Assembly: GCF_009834535.1 (NCBI RefSeq)
Contig: NC_045716.1
Coordinates: 17,918,001-17,982,000, forward strand
Direction of reading: 5' to 3'
Source: Camelus ferus
Taxonomy: Eukaryota
DNA length: 64,000 nt
Positions within the stretch are counted from its first letter, which is position 1. Each line of letters begins with the position of its first letter. Shown in pieces: positions 12,295 through 25,153 of the stretch. The notes under the pieces were generated by a model. That model did no database searches. It had not been told where the DNA came from and saw nothing but the letters and a program-made list of their open reading frames with translations. A program made the position numbers and the translations under genes.

Positions 12295-13582
12295 AAGATT
12301 TAGTAATAGGATGGCAGTCTGAATAAGAGAAGTGCAGAAAGGAGGGAGGGAAGAAGAGAGAGGGAGAGAAAGACAAAGACAGAGACAGAGATAGACAGAG
12401 AGAAGCAAGGGGAAGGTATTCCGTGGCAAAGAACAGGGAAACTTTGAAGTGCCTGTTTGATTTGGAAGATCATAGATCTTAGGAGTTGAAACACATTTTA
12501 GGATTCATCAATCCTACCTCCCATATGATGCAAGAAACCCTCCTCCAACAAAATGAGGGACCGCTAGCATCCACTTGAATAGGTAATAATTTACAAAAAG
12601 TTACAAATTTAATTTACAACTGTTTGTTCATTCAGTCTTATTCTGACAACGTGCCCTCCACCGTCCTCCACTGAGGTGGTGAAACTATAAAAAAAAAAAA
12701 AAAGAAAGAAAGAGAGAGACACACACATTTATTACGACCTTGCACCTACTGTTGCCATTAAAATAGGTATCAATATGCAAGTTCTATCTGCTAGAGTTTA
12801 GCTTTTTCCTTCCTGCAATTCCAGTAGCAACCCATTTGGTGGTCCGTGCTTGAGTACCACAACCAGTGGACTCTGCCAAGGTGTAAGAAGCAGATGTGAA
12901 AGATGAAGCCCAGTCCAATCTATATGGATTATTTTTCAATAAGATGGAAATTTACTAAATAATTACCATGTTGTATAAATTTTAAGGAAACAATATGATT
13001 AGCGCAAGAAGTAATAGAACACCTAAGTAAAAACTCCTTTAATGCTCTTGCCTGTGATACTTCTAGGCATTGTAAAAACCTTTTAGCCTACTTAAAGCTT
13101 CAGTCAGCCAAAGCCAAACACTTTCAGCTTTAGCCGTTATACTCTTTAGATAGTTTCTTTCACGGCCTGTAATAACCAAGTCATTAATAGCTGAGCTTCT
13201 CAGCCAGCAACCACTGATATCTTCTCAACAATCAGATTCAAGTAAGAGCTCAAAAACCCTTTCTTTAGCTAGACCCTCTGTACTTTTACATTCTTCTCTG
13301 CCAGTTCAGAGACAGAGAAGATGAAAAAACGATCATGTCTCTTCCCCCATCTACCTGACTTCTGACTCTCTCTTTCCAATGGGATTCTGGTTGCCTAAGT
13401 TACTAAATTTCTAACTAGGCTAGCTCCTACTCACTCTCTGTAGCCTACTCTCTGGCTTCCTTCGCACACCTTTCTAATGAATGGCTAATTAGCATTGAAA
13501 AGATTGTCTTTAGTGAGGCAGACTTCTCCAAAGTTCTTGAACAGCCATGCAAAGATTATACAGAGAATTTAAGATCCTAGAT

Positions 13583-13903
13583 CAGAGGTCAGCGAAGTTT
13601 TTCTGTAACAGCCAGAGAATAAATATTTTAGGCTTTGCAAACCTTATAGTCAAACTACTTGAATCTCCCATTATAGCTTGAAAGCAGTCATAGACAATAT
13701 GTAAACAAATATGTGTAGCTATATTCTAATAATACTTTATTTGTGGACACTTGCATGTAAATTTCATATAACTTTCATGTCTACAAAGTATTCTTTTTCT
13801 GGTTTTAAATTTTTAATGTAAAAACCATTCTCAGTTCACAGACTGTGCAAAAAACAGGCAGCAGACTAGATTTGACTTACAAGCCATAAATTACCAATCT
13901 CTG
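13583..13903 (+). mobile_element. MER58B-like hAT-Charlie MITE
   Basis: cagaggtcagcgaagtttttctgtaa...aaatattttaggctttgc...aaaaaccattctcagttcacagactgt...caatctctg. Confidence 0.7.
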
Positions 13904-15249
13904 CCATAGATGATTAAAATGCCCAAGTGTACTACGACAGTAAGTTGTATACTAGTAAATAGTAATAAGTCAAAGAAGAAAGACATTGTCTAGGACTGAA
14001 AGAGTCAAAAGCTTCCTGGGTAAAATGGGATTTGGGTTGGATCTTTATAAAGGAAGGGTAAAATTTAGACAAATGTTAGAAAGAGAGGGAGAAGGAGAAA
14101 AAGAAGTTGCAGATGTGAGGGCCTTGAATATCAGAATAAGGAATTTAAACCTGACCTTCATGCAAATGGCATTTTTATATTATTCCTGCAGGGGAAACAT
14201 AGAACTGATTTGACAAGAGAGAAACCAAGAGCAGGGAGACAAAGACGAGGCTGTCATAGCTGAATAAAGTGCAGGAGTCTGGGTGAGTGTTGTGACAGTA
14301 ACAGAAGAAAAAGGACAACATCAAGAAACATAAGACATAAGGAATCAATGAGACTTGGTGACTAACAAGATTTAGGATAGGATTCAAAATGACTCCTGGA
14401 ATTCAGGACCAGAAAAATTGGAGTTACTCAATTATTCATTGGCTGTTAAACACACATTGTGACCAGGACTTATGCTAGGGATTGGGAAAAGAAGACCCAC
14501 ATGACATAGAGCCTACAGTCTAGAAGGGGAGAGGTGGTCATGGGAAAGCGAAGGTGCAGCGTTGTTATAGGTGCTGTGGTGGAAGTCTGGTCAAGAGCAC
14601 TGGGAGTCCAGAGAAAGGAAGACAATGAGATTTAATCTGAACAGACATCAGGAGGAAATACTAAGACTAGTAAAATCCTATGCTTGGAACTGGAGTTGCA
14701 GATTTTGAAGGTATTCACATACTAGAATGAGAATAAGAATTTAGAAAAAGAAGATCAAAGCCAGATTACAAAGTACAAAGGAAAGGAGGGAGCCTAAACA
14801 CCTCCTTTTCAAGGAAGTGTTTGCTCTAAAACCTGGGAGGCCAAACAGGATAAAGCAGGTCCAGACTGGAAATTTGGCTCAGTAGCCACCTGAGTGAGGT
14901 TGATCACATGTCAGATGCAAACATGGCAGGTAAGAACAGCAGGTAGCATGGTTCCAAAGTCAGAAAGGAGTCAGGAAACAGACCAGAAGACACTAGAAGA
15001 CAAATGAGTATCCTGTCAGAAACTCAGGACAGCAAAGGATAATCAGCTATGAAAGACAGCAGACAAAAGGGAGACAAGAATGTATCCAGATGACATGGAA
15101 CCTGCATTGCTAGAAAATACCTGGCAAAATAGATACCCATTAAGTACTTGTTTAATGAATGAACGCATTTACAAATAATTACATATGATGCCATATGGAA
15201 TGAGCATGAGTTTGGAATCAGATCTTAATTCATATCCAAGCCCATTTAT

Positions 15250-15900
15250 TCACTCCATAAACATTTATTATATGTGCCTGGAGTATACAAGACCCTAAGG
15301 ATCCAAAAATAAAAGATGTAGCTCTTGACTTCAACAACTCGCAGCTGATTGACAGAGTCAGAGAGAAAGAGACGGTTGCTCTTCAGTGTGAAAAGTGCTG
15401 CAATAAATGTGTGTGCAAACATGTAGCTCTAACCCACAGGCTCCCATAGATGATCTGCTATGCTCAGGTATGAAAGGCCAAAAGGATCAGGAGTCACGGG
15501 GAGGGGGATGTGTGGCAGTTTGGAAGTGGGGTGTGTGTGGCAATTCCAACCAGACAGAATAACAATAACAAGATGTTCAGAGGTGTGTGAGCATGGCTTG
15601 TTCAGGGAACTCTAAAAGCGTAAGCGTATCTAGAGCAGAAGTGTGATGTGTCAGGTCAGGGGAGGGAAGTGGGGTTGGGACAGATGAGGTCAGAGTGATA
15701 AATAGGAGCCAGATCACAAAGTACTTTGTGTGACATGCTAAAGAGATTGTATTTTACCCTGAAGGTGATGAGAAGCAAATGAAGAATTTTAAGCAGGAGA
15801 GAGACATGATCAAATTTGCATTTTAGAAATAGCAACAGCATGGAGGATGGGTTGGAAAGAGATGAAGCTGGTCATAGGGAGAATAATTTAGTAGGTCACT
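15250..15900. mobile_element. L2 fragment
   Basis: aaacatttatt...ccagatcacaaag...ttttaagcaggagagagacatgatcaaatttgcattttagaaa. Confidence 0.65.
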
Positions 15901-15939
15901 TGAAGTGATAAGTGGAAAATGATGAGGGCTTGAACTTTT

Positions 15940-17030
15940 AAGATCTATTCTCTTGGCAACCTTCAAATATACAATAGAGTATTTTTAACTATAGTTATGT
16001 TGTATTCAACCTCAGAATTTATTTAAGTTACAACTAGGAGTTTGTGCCTTTTGACCAGCTTCACTCAACACCCCCTCCACCTCTGGTCTCTATTTCTAGG
16101 AGTTTGAGAGTTTTTTGAGATTTCACATATAAGTGAGAGAATACAGTATTTGTCCTTCTATTATTTTCTCAGCAAAATGCCCTCAAGGTTCATCCATGTT
16201 GTTACAAATGGTAGAATTTCCTTCTTTTTTATGCTGAGTTAAACATAGATTATATATTAAATATATATTATGTATAATAAACATATATATCTTACATCTT
16301 CTTTACCCATTGATAGCCACTTAGGTTGTTTCCAAGTCTTAGCTATTATAAATAAGGCTGCAACTGTGTTTTCTTCAGATATATACCCAGAAGTGGAATT
16401 GCTGGATCATTTGGTGGTTCTACTTTTAATTTTTGAGGAGCCTCTATAATCTTTTCCACAGTGATTGTACCAATTTACATTCCCACTAACAGTGCACAAG
16501 GGTTCCCTTTTCTCCACATCCTCACCAACATTGTTGTCTTTTTTTTTTTAAATACTTTTTTATTGAAGTATAGTTGATGTGCAATATTATATACATTTCA
16601 GGTGTACAACATAGTGATTCACAATTTTTATACTTCTTGTCTTTTTGATGACAGTCATTCNNNNNNNNNNNNNNNNNNNNNNNNNNNNNNNNNNNNNNNN
16701 NNNNNNNNNNNNNNNNNNNNNNNNNNNNNNNNNNNNNNNNNNNNNNNNNNNNNNNNNNNNNNNNNNNNNNNNNNNNNNNNNNNNNNNNNNNNNNNNNNNN
16801 NNNNNNNNNNNNNNNNNNNNNNNNNNNNNNNNNNNNNNNNNNNNNNNNNNNNNNNNNNNNNNNNNNNNNNNNNNNNNNNNNNNNNNNNNNNNNNNNNNNN
16901 NNNNNNNNNNNNNNNNNNNNNNNNNNNNNNNNNNNNNNNNNNNNNNNNNNNNNNNNNNNNNNNNNNNNNNNNNNNNNNNNNNNNNNNNNNNNNNTTTGTT
17001 GCTTGTGCCTTAGATGTCATAAAGCTCCAT
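15940..17030 (-). mobile_element. L1MA/MB-type 3' fragment with a nested short L1 tail (about 16544-16636)
   Basis: Reverse L1 3' text (atctattctcttggcaac, agatttcacatataagtgag, cccagaagtggaattgctggatca); nested tail flanked by TTGTCTTTTT at 16534-16543 and 16637-16646; N gap 16661-16994. Confidence 0.75.
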
Positions 17031-17539
17031 TTTAGACACATTGAATTGAGACGCCTATGTGACATCCAAGTGAAGTAATTTAATAAACTACTAGGTATAG
17101 TAATCCTTGTACAAGTTATTTAAACTCTCTGGCCTCAGTCTTCTCATCTGTAAAGTGGTGATATCACCTACGTTTTAGTGTTAACACAGATAAGGATTCT
17201 TACACAGTACACTGCTCATATTGGGCACTCGGAACAAATTAATGAAACAATTAACATTGATAGTATGATATATAATCTTTACCACACAATTTAGAGTTTG
17301 ATCATATATTTCCTTGTAAGATCTAGGAGTTCAATTTACTTATGCAGTCTCCACAATTAGATAGTAAATTCCTTGATAATAGGAACCCTCTCTTTTATCC
17401 CTCCCCACAGTGCCTCACCACAGAGTGGGTACTTAATAACTTATTGCTAGAGTAATTTGGCAGCTGTGGAAGTGGGCAGGGGCCCAAGGACAGAGGGCCC
17501 TGCACTCCTCCTGTAATCCCTCTCCCAGTTGGTGGTACC

Positions 17540-18400
17540 ACCAAACACTCAATCACCCATGCTAGGAACCTGGAGTTGTCTTTAACTCCTCTTTCTCTTT
17601 CTCAGCCCAGACATTGTAGTAGTCACCAAGTTCCAGTTATTTCATCTCCCATGTATTTCTCAAAACGCGCTCCTCCACTACATCCGACCACTATCCTAGC
17701 TCAGGCTTAATCCCTCACCTATTTTATGGCAATACCTTTCTAACTGGTTTTTTGCCTCCAGTCCTGCTTCCTCAAATCCATCTTCCAAGCAGCCAGTAGT
17801 TAGATATCTGGACTAGATCTGACAATGTCATCTCCCATCTTACCCTTTAAAAGCTTCCTGATGGAATCACACTGCTTTCTCTGGCATATGTGGTCTCTTG
17901 TGGACTGGCCTTGCCTACATCTCAGCCTCATCCCTTATCTCTTTAGACTTCTCTCTTCCCACTTCCAGCCTGAAATGATATGCTCCAGCAAGAAAGGCAT
18001 ACTTGTGGTTCTACCATAGCTGTTTTTTGTATCTGGCTTCTTGAACTTCTCAGGTTGCACCCTCTACCTGAACTGTCTTTTATTTTTACCTGGCTAACTC
18101 CCCATTATCCTTTAAAAATCAACTCAGTTGCCATTCCTCCAGGAAGCCTTTCCTGCCTCTTCCTAAACACCCCTTTGCCAAAGCAAGATTAGGTGCCCCT
18201 CTCCTGTGATCCCATAATGCCCTATGCAAGCATCATCAGTGATCTGACCACATATTTATTTGCATCTTTGTAAAGGTATGTCTCCCCAACTAGCATGTTT
18301 AAACTCCATGAGAGCAGGAGAGTATCTTATTCATCTTTTTCCCCCTATTGTCTCATATATAGTAGGTTCTCAGTCAGTATTTGTTGATTGCATTAGTATG
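17540..18400. mobile_element. L2 fragment
   Basis: ctaggaacctggagttgtctttaactcctc ... aaactccatgagagcagg ... cagtcagtatttgttgattg. Confidence 0.65.
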
Positions 18401-19137
18401 AATTCTCACAGTCCCACTCATGCAAAGATACCAACAGATGCATACACATATATAGGCTTACCAACTCCCAAGACCAGATCTAAGCACCTGTGCCCTCTGG
18501 AACTCAGATTATTTCAAAATGCAATAAGTTATCCATAGCTGGATGTTGTACCTACTTGAGATGAAGGGTTCCACCAACTTATCCTGGGGACCTAAACAAG
18601 ACTCTCTCTAACTCAGTCTCCTCTCTGTCTCTGTCTCTCTCTGCAAGTGTGTTTTTATGGCTCTAGCCTGCACTTGGGTTTTTAACTCATCTTTAGAGCA
18701 ACATTAACTATAATTTAACCCTTAACTAAAGAGACAGATACATGACAGAAAATAAAAAGGGAAAAAAGAAAAATGCTTATTTCCAGTGAGAGAAGACTGT
18801 ATAAGTGCAGAAATAGCAAACATCCAGGGATATGTGCAATGAGAAGGACCTTTCAAATGGAAAGACTGAGATTTGGACCTTATTCCAGTGTGTGGGATCA
18901 GATTTATCCAACATAGATGTATCTAACATGTTATCCATCTCTAAAACATCCAAATAGCTTTTGAAATTACTTTTTCTGTTCATAGGCATTGGGAGAGAGA
19001 GAGAGTGTGTGTGTATACACTTTCTACATTTGCAAAATTATTCTTCAATGTCTATGGAACACTTTACAACCCCAGTGAAGACTCCTACTTCCGATTCTTA
19101 AACTTATTAATTAGAAGTCCTTCATCTTGGCTCCAGA

Positions 19138-19316
19138 CAGGACCAGGTACATAATTTGCATGGCCCACTAAAAAATGAAAATGCAGGGCCCCTTGTTCAA
19201 AAATCATGAAGAATTTCAAGACAGCAGCAACAGCAGAGCATTAAACCAAACCTGAAACCACTTTGAGTACAGAGCCTGTGTGACTGCACAGGTCACACTC
19301 CGATGAAGCCAGCTTT
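19138..19316 (-). mobile_element. MER91A-like hAT-Tip100 MITE upstream of NR1I3
   Basis: caggaccaggtacataatttgc...aaaatgaaaatgcagggccccttgttcaaaaat...gagcattaaaccaa...tgtgactgcacaggtcacac...atgaagccagc. Confidence 0.75.
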
Positions 19317-19739
19317 AATGTAAGAGCCCTCAAATCAATCCCAACTACCTCTAGTTTATTTGAGCCCACTTTGATTTAATTCTCAGCCCTTCTTAGTTGG
19401 GAAATAGGACCTCTTCTAGTTCTTTGCATCAGCTCTTGATTAGACCCCAGTCTCTTTTGAAGAACTCTCCTTTTGAGAGCCTGGCAATTGTTTTTCCTGT
19501 TCTTTTACTGTTGACATACTGTGTGTGAGACCACTTGCTCTGTCTCTCTCTGTCTCTCCCCACAGCTTGTCCAGGATCCATGTACAGGGGAGGCAGAAGA
19601 TCTAGCCTGAAGCTCGGCAGTAGGGAAATGGATCTGATAAGGCACAGCTTCTAATGAGTCATGAGCTTCCCACCTACCAGGGTCCCTCCCCATGTGGCAG
19701 CAACCAGCACCATGGGCATGCTGGGAACACCTCCCACCC

Positions 19740-19752
19740 AAGCCTTTGCCCT
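19740..19752 (-). promoter_or_regulatory. NR1I3: HNF4-alpha DR1 element in NR1I3 proximal promoter
   Basis: AAGCCTTTGCCCT (reverse AGGGCA-A-AGGCTT, CAAAG core), similar to the HNF4 site known in the human CAR promoter. Confidence 0.6.
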
Positions 19753-19899
19753 GGGTCCAGAGTCTGTGCCCTATCCTGGTAGTCGCTGAGAACAACTGGA
19801 AGCCACACATACCAGGTGTTCCTTGTTTTCCAGGTACTGAGGCCATAATCCCTAACTCTTAACTCCGGTAGCTCCTGAGATCAAGGGGAAAGCGGGGTC

Positions 19900-19972
19900 A
19901 GAGTGGTAGTCTGAGAAGAATCCGACACCAGATTCTGTGGCCTACAGGTGACATGCTGCCTAAAAGGAGCAG
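19900..19972 (+). other. NR1I3: NR1I3 exon 1 (5' UTR; 5' boundary approximate)
   Basis: ...ctacaggtgacatgctgcctaaaaggagcag|gtagga donor at 19972/19973; splices to acceptor ttcag|g at 20125/20126. Confidence 0.7.
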
Positions 19973-20158
19973 GTAGGATACCTTTTGGGGGCCAGAAACT
20001 GAAAGCAATAAAGTGCAGATAACACAGAGGGTCAGGCCCAGGGCAGGTTTGTGAAGAGGCTCTGCAGAAGGGGGAGAAGAGGGTCAAGGGGGTCCAGAGC
20101 TGAATGCTAACCCCTCCACATTCAGGGGCCTGTGACAGCCACCCCAACACCTGAAGCC

Positions 20159-23100
20159 ATGACCAGCGGGGAAGATGAGCCAAGGAACTGTGTGGTGTGC
20201 GGGGACAGAGCCACGGGCTACCACTTCCATGCCCTGACTTGTGAGGGCTGCAAGGGTTTCTTCAGGTGAGAACCTCCTCCCAAACTGAAACTCTCAAACT
20301 GCTTGCAGGCAGCCTTTAAGCCCTGGTACATGCCCGAGCTTGTCCTGCTACGTCATTCCTGCATCCTGGAGCCTAACTACCCTGTGGCTGGCTATGCTGC
20401 AAATTGCCAACCTCAATACTGTATAAACAGGTGGCAAAATTACAGAGGGAAGGCAGAACATCTGTCCTATGGCCACAATTCCTTAGTCAAGTGTCTTCAT
20501 TCAAGGCAAAGCAGCAAGCTAGTACAGCATCAACCAGGCTTTCCTGATTCTGTGCCCCGGTGGAAATGCTTGAGATGCATTGTATCCTCTCCATCCCTAG
20601 GGGTCTCTAGGCACAGCTCAGATTAGCCCATGTCACCATAAATTCTTTTAGACCATGTCATTTGGGCCCCTCACATACCCACCTGCTCGCTACCATCCCT
20701 GACCCTTCACGTCTCCGTCCTCACAGGCGAACAGTCAACAAAAGCACCGCTCTCACCTGTCCCTTTGCGGGAAGCTGTAAGGTCAGCAAGGCCCAGAGGC
20801 GCCACTGCCCAGCCTGCAGGTTGCAGAAGTGCCTAGATGCTGGCATGAAGAAAGACAGTGAGTTGGCCCCCTACCGTCCCTAGAATCCACTGACTATGTC
20901 TCTCCACTGACTATGCTTTGCCCTTGTTCCCGCAGCGTATTCTCCACACAGCAGGCAGAGTAAGCTTTTTAAACAAGTCAGACAGTGTCACTTTTCTGCT
21001 CAAAACCTCCAAGGGCTCCTCATCTCTCTTACACGGTCCATGACCTCATGGTTGAGCTCCCCAATACCACCTCTCAGGTTTTACTTCCTACTCTTCCCCT
21101 TGCTCAGTCCATCCCAACCACACTGACATCAATGCCATTCTCAAACACACCAAGCGCGGTATCCTCGGGAATGTTGTAACTTCTACTTACACTTGCCATT
21201 GCCTCTACCCGGAACACTCTTCCTCTATGGCTTGCTCTTTCTCTTCTATTTTTCAAGCACATTGCCTGTCACATCGTAGGTACTTGATCATTGTTAAATT
21301 AATTATTTAATGCTTTTCCTCTGTGCCAGATAATTAGGCTATGCTCCCAACAAATAATGTAACTTGTAGTCAACTTAACGTAACAGAAGTCAACTTGCCC
21401 AAGTCTACTCAGCTGAAAAGTTTTAGGGTCAGTATTCGTCAGACACTTGCTTTTTCTATGACATCACACAACTGTTCCATATGGAGCAGTGGAAACTGTA
21501 GAAGTCAAAAAAAAATCTTGGTTTGAATCCAAACTACATCACATAAGTAATCTTGGACCTGTCACTGGAATGTCAGCCTGTTTGTGTTTCTGAAAAATAT
21601 AGATAACACCTGCCCTCTTTACCCATGGAGATTTAACCTCAGAACCTTTGAAATTACAATGCCATGCAAACATAGGTGATGTTTTAGGTACCAAGAGTCC
21701 TCCCGCTTCAACACTCCCCCAGAAGCCAAACATATCCTTCCACTGTTCCCACTTTACTCTCCATCCTCTCTTTCCCTCCCACAGTGCATTGTTTTCTGCT
21801 GCAGTGCCTCGCAGGTCGAGGAGAGTGTACAGGAACCTCCTGCCACCTGGAGCCTCTGGGACTTTACCCAAGCCCAAGGAGGCCTCAGGAACTCTCCTCT
21901 GTCCCTGTGTCCTTCATCGTGCAGTGTCTGAGGGTCACGGACCAGGGGCTGGCAGAGAAAGTCGCTCTCTGCTGGTCTCAATAGCTTTGTCACATCCCTT
22001 CCCTGGGCACAGTGATCCTGTCAGCAGGAGCCCTGGCATTGCGGCGAGCAAGACAGGCCCAACGACGGGCACAGCAAGCGTCGATGCAGCTGAGTAAGGA
22101 GCAGAAAGAGCTAGTCCAGACACTCCTGGGGGCCCACACCCGCCACGTGGGCCCCATGTTTCACCAGTTTGTGCAGTTCAGGGTGAGCACTTACAGGATT
22201 CAAGCTGGAGTGTGACAAAAAGGGTGCCCAAGGAGGCTGGCCTGAGGGAGGGGGCTGTGTGCCATGCACCAATACAGAGGACGGGACTTCTCCGGAACCT
22301 CAGTGGGGCAGATTCCTCAGCCTAGAACCCATCCAAGATAAAGCTGGAGAGGCCTAAAGGGAGATTCCTAAGGGGTGGTGGAGGGGGTGCCTCTTACTTA
22401 GGTTCTGATCTCTGCAGCCTCCAGCTCATCTGTTCATCCATCACCAGCGCTTGCCCACCCTTGTCCCTGCACTAGCGCTGCTCACACACTTTGCAGACAT
22501 CAATACTTTCATGGTACAGCAAATCATCAAGTTCACCAAGGATCTCCCTGTCTTTCGGTATGTGACCTCTCCTTACCTTTCAGGAAGAAAACACTCCAGT
22601 AAACTATAATCTGCCCCTGACCAAAAATAAATAAAGTCACTGACCAAACTAACCCATCCTTCAGCCTTTCCAAAAGCCAGGTCTTGAATTCCCAGCTTTG
22701 TTTTTAAGTATCCAATCAGAACTGGGTGTTCCGCTCCCTCTCTGAAGTTCAGGCTAGAGTCTGAAGTGCCGGTTACCTACTCCCCACAGGTCCCTGCCCA
22801 TGGAGGACCAAATCTCTCTTCTCAAAGGAGCAGCTGTAGAAATCTGTCATATAGCACTCAATACCACTTTCTGTCTCCAAACGCAAAATTTCCTCTGTGG
22901 ACCTCTTCGCTACACAATAGAAGATGCAGTGCATGGTGAGATGGTGCTAGAACAGCAGAAGGCATCCCTTTGGTATGGTATGTGGCAAGGTGAACCAAAG
23001 GCTCCTAAGCCTTGTGTCTCCCACAGCAGGGTTTCAGGAAGAGTTTTTGGAGTTGCTCTTTGGCTTCCATAGGACATTGCGGCGACTGCAGCTCCAGGAG

Positions 23101-24424
23101 CCCGAGTATGTGCTCATGGCTGCCATGGCCCTCTTCTCTCCTGGTGAGTATCCCCCAAAGCCCAAAAGCTTTTGTTCCACCACCTCTGCCCAAACTCCCA
23201 GCTCCCTGCATCCACCCATCCAAGCCTTAGTCTTCAAACCACTGGAATGGGTCTATCTCAGCCTTGGGTCCCCCCTGTGCAGGCTACCCACAACCCCCAA
23301 CCTTGTCCTGCCCTACTCCCTATCTTACAGACCGGCCTGGGGTAACCCAGAGGGAAGAGATTGATCAGTTGCAAGAGGAGATGGCACTGACTCTGCAGAG
23401 ATACATCAAAGGCCAGCAGCCAAGTCCCCGGGACCGGTATGGTGGGACTGGAGGCTATACCAGAGCAGGAACGGGTTAGGGAGACATAGAACTCAGGAAG
23501 CTTTTGCTGTCCTTTCTTTTGGGAAACCAGGGCCCTTGAAGGTCTAGTCCTTCCCTCCCATCTCACAGAGCTCCAGCATCCAAATTGCTCCTACTGCTAT
23601 TTCATCTCACTTTTTCCATATTTTTTTATTCAGTAGAGATGCAAGGTAGTAGCTCACAGGCTCTGTATAATAGCATTCCTGAGATTGATGACATCCATCA
23701 CCTCACCAAGCAACTTCTCCAGACTAGAGCAGCCTTTCAACAGTTTTGTTCACTCTCTTTCCTTGGCCCTTCCCCTCCTCTCCATTGGTCCAATTCCTTT
23801 AATTTTTCATTCCCCTTGAAGTTATGGTCATTCACTTTCATGGCCAAAGCCAGTCCCTGTATCACACAGTCCATGATCTATCCAGGCTCTAAGGTATGCT
23901 CCACTTCTGTTCTTGCTTATTCCTCAATGAGCCCATTTGGCCAGAAAAGGGATGCTTTATACCACAGAACACATCCACCTTCTGGAACCTGCTCTGGAAG
24001 GCCAGATCCTCAGATGCCACACAGTTGAAAATCTGGCCAAGTCTGGGGTTTTCTTCACACTTGGGGCTCAGAGCTCTGGGTTCAAGAAAAATGGCATAGT
24101 GAAAGGAGTCAGTGTCAGAGGCCCCCTTGGGGACCTTTGGAACTTTTGGTACATTTGTCACACCAGAGCATATTTTCTAGTGTTCAGACCTAGCTTCACT
24201 GAGGGGCAGTTCAGGGAATCAGGGCCTCAGGACAAGACTCTCAGCTGCTTTATTTCCCTTCTCTTTCCCTGGTGACCCCACTACTTCTTCCCAGGTTTCT
24301 ATATGCGAAGCTGCTGGGCCTGTTGGCTGAGCTCCGGAGCATTAACAACGCATATGGGTACCAAATCCAGCACATCCAGGGACTGTCCACCATGATGCCA
24401 CTGCTCCAGGAGATCTGCAGCTAA
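20159..24424 (+). CDS. NR1I3: Constitutive androstane receptor CAR, 348 aa, intact
   Basis: Coding exons 20159-20265, 20727-20857, 22013-22182, 22418-22557, 22790-22935, 23027-23143, 23331-23436, 24295-24424 (1047 nt, all GT-AG). C4 zinc fingers [17 protein letters not shown] (Thr38 retained); LBD ends [10 protein letters not shown]. Confidence 0.98.
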
Positions 24425-24538
24425 GGCCCAGTTCACCTCCTTTCCCAGCCCACCTGGACACATTGGACTGGAAAGGGGAAAACGCTGGAACCATAGGTTG
24501 GGGCCAGTAGAAAGGGAGCCCCCTGGTTGCAATGAAAG

Positions 24539-24544
24539 ATTAAA
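24539..24544 (+). terminator. NR1I3: NR1I3 polyadenylation signal ATTAAA
   Basis: ATTAAA 115 nt after the stop codon. Confidence 0.6.
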
Positions 24545-25153
24545 GCAATAACTGCCTCTTCATGCAGTAATGGGGAGAGTGAGGGGTCGCCATGGGGACA
24601 AAGTTGTTCTCTGGAAGCACAGAAGATGGGGAAAGACGAAGCCCCAGGGCTAAGAGGTAAAGAAGCTCCTTCTGGGAATAGGTGGGCCCCACTTTCTGAG
24701 GTCAAAGACTTAGCCCTTCAGCCATTCCTTCCCAGCCTTGGGAGACTCTGGGATGGAAAAGAGGATGGGGAGCTAATCCCATGCAGATTTTTCTGCTCTG
24801 AAGAGGAAGAGGCTAGGAGCTTTAATCCACAGGGAAATGAAGGAAATGGGAGTGAGGGGAGGAAAATCAGCCAGACATACCCCTTAATCCTTCTCCCTTA
24901 GTCCAGAGCCACAAGAGCATGGGAAGATGATTCTGGGGCTGATGGCAGAGTAGGGAGCCTCAAACCACTGCCTCAGCAGCTGCCCCTGTGGCAGCTCCAG
25001 TTCTGAGGAGGGCATGGTCCTGTCCCCACTCTGGCTCCTGGGCCCTAGAGATCACCCAGCAAGGTGGGCTCTGGGGAAGGGCCTANNNNNNNNNNNNNNN
25101 NNNNNNNNNNNNNNNNNNNNNNNNNNNNNNNNNNNNNNNNNNNNNNNNNNNNN

